Assembly (NCBI RefSeq): GCF_963921235.1
Contig: NC_086107.1
Location: 93,808,001 to 93,872,000 of the forward strand
From: Mobula hypostoma
Taxonomy: Eukaryota
DNA length: 64,000 bases
Direction: 5' to 3'
Of the stretch, positions 63,086-64,000 are shown piece by piece. The notes beneath the pieces were generated by a model. It did no database searches and was not told where the DNA came from. It saw nothing but the letters and a program-made list of their open reading frames with translations. A program made the translations under genes and the position numbers. Position 1 is the first letter of the stretch, and every line of letters begins with the position of its first letter.

Positions 63086-64000
63086 AGATAACATGCATGA
63101 TAACAGTCTTTACCTCAAGGTAGGGGATTTAGGGTAAGAGAGGAAAGATTTAAAAAAGATCGGGGGGGGTAACTTCATGGGGATAATGATGAGTAAATGG
63201 ACAAGCTGCCAGATGAAGTGGTTGAAGCACTTGGATATATATGTGGATGGGAGGGATATGAACCAAATGCAGCAAATTGGATCTAGCTGGTCACCATGGG
63301 CTGGATGGGCCAAAAGACCTGTATCACTCTATGACTCGAGTAACATACTGTTTGCTGAGGTACAGAAGCCTGAAGACACACAAAACATGTTTTAGGAACA
63401 GCTTCTTCCCCTTTGCCATCAGGTTTCATGAACCCATTCATGCTACCTCACTCTTTGCACTGTTGATTATTGTAAATTATAGTCATTATTTATGTACCGC
63501 TGCCACAAAAGCACAAATTTCACGACATATGTCAGTGATATTCAGTTGCCAAGTCATCGGGCATATATAAGGCAGAGGTTGATAGGTTCGTAATTAGTAA
63601 GGACATCAAAGGTACAGGGAGAAGGCAGGAGAATGGGAATGAGAGGGATAATAAATAATCTGCCCAGCTCATGGACTATCTGTCCCACTCCCATCAGGGA
63701 GGAGGCTACACCAAGACCACCGCACTTTAAAACAGTTACTTCCCCCAAAGCTGAGGGGCTGATCAACACCTGCACCCATTAACCCACCACACAACTACTT
63801 TATCATTTCCAGTCAGAGTCACCTTATGTACAGATAATCCTGCAGCCAGCATCAGTTTATGTACATACAGTCCATGTATAAAAGCTAATCTTCTGTATTT
63901 ATATTTCTTGTGCTCCTTATGCTCATTGTGACATTTTTTCCTGCTGCATCATGTACTGGACAGTGCCAAATGAAAAGATCTTCAATCTTGAAATCAGCCA

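Overview
Eukaryotic, vertebrate-type genomic DNA made almost entirely of layered transposable-element remnants. The repeat mix (HE1/V-SINE-like SINEs, CR1, Rex1/Babar, Penelope-like elements) points to a cartilaginous fish, probably a ray; this is inference. I found no supportable host exon, RNA gene or CRISPR array, so the window is probably intergenic or intronic. The longest coding remnants are an RTE-clade LINE with an inverted 5' part (25916-28280), two relatively young CR1 copies (38330-40057, 59441-62265), Rex1/Babar pieces and a Penelope GIY-YIG end (40659-40978). All are truncated or disrupted. Most notable: about 20 Penelope-type terminal repeats carrying a minimal hammerhead ribozyme motif, many as fold-back insertions with 11-14 bp target-site duplications (TSDs); the twin-priming-like RTE inversion; a CR1 bracketed by inverted copies of its own tail; Tc1/mariner derivatives ending in TIR hairpins; and a 9 x 67 bp minisatellite born from LINE coding sequence. 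These are mostly known phenomena seen in a little-studied lineage, not a demonstrably new system. Family calls come from motif recognition by eye. Boundaries without a stated TSD are approximate.
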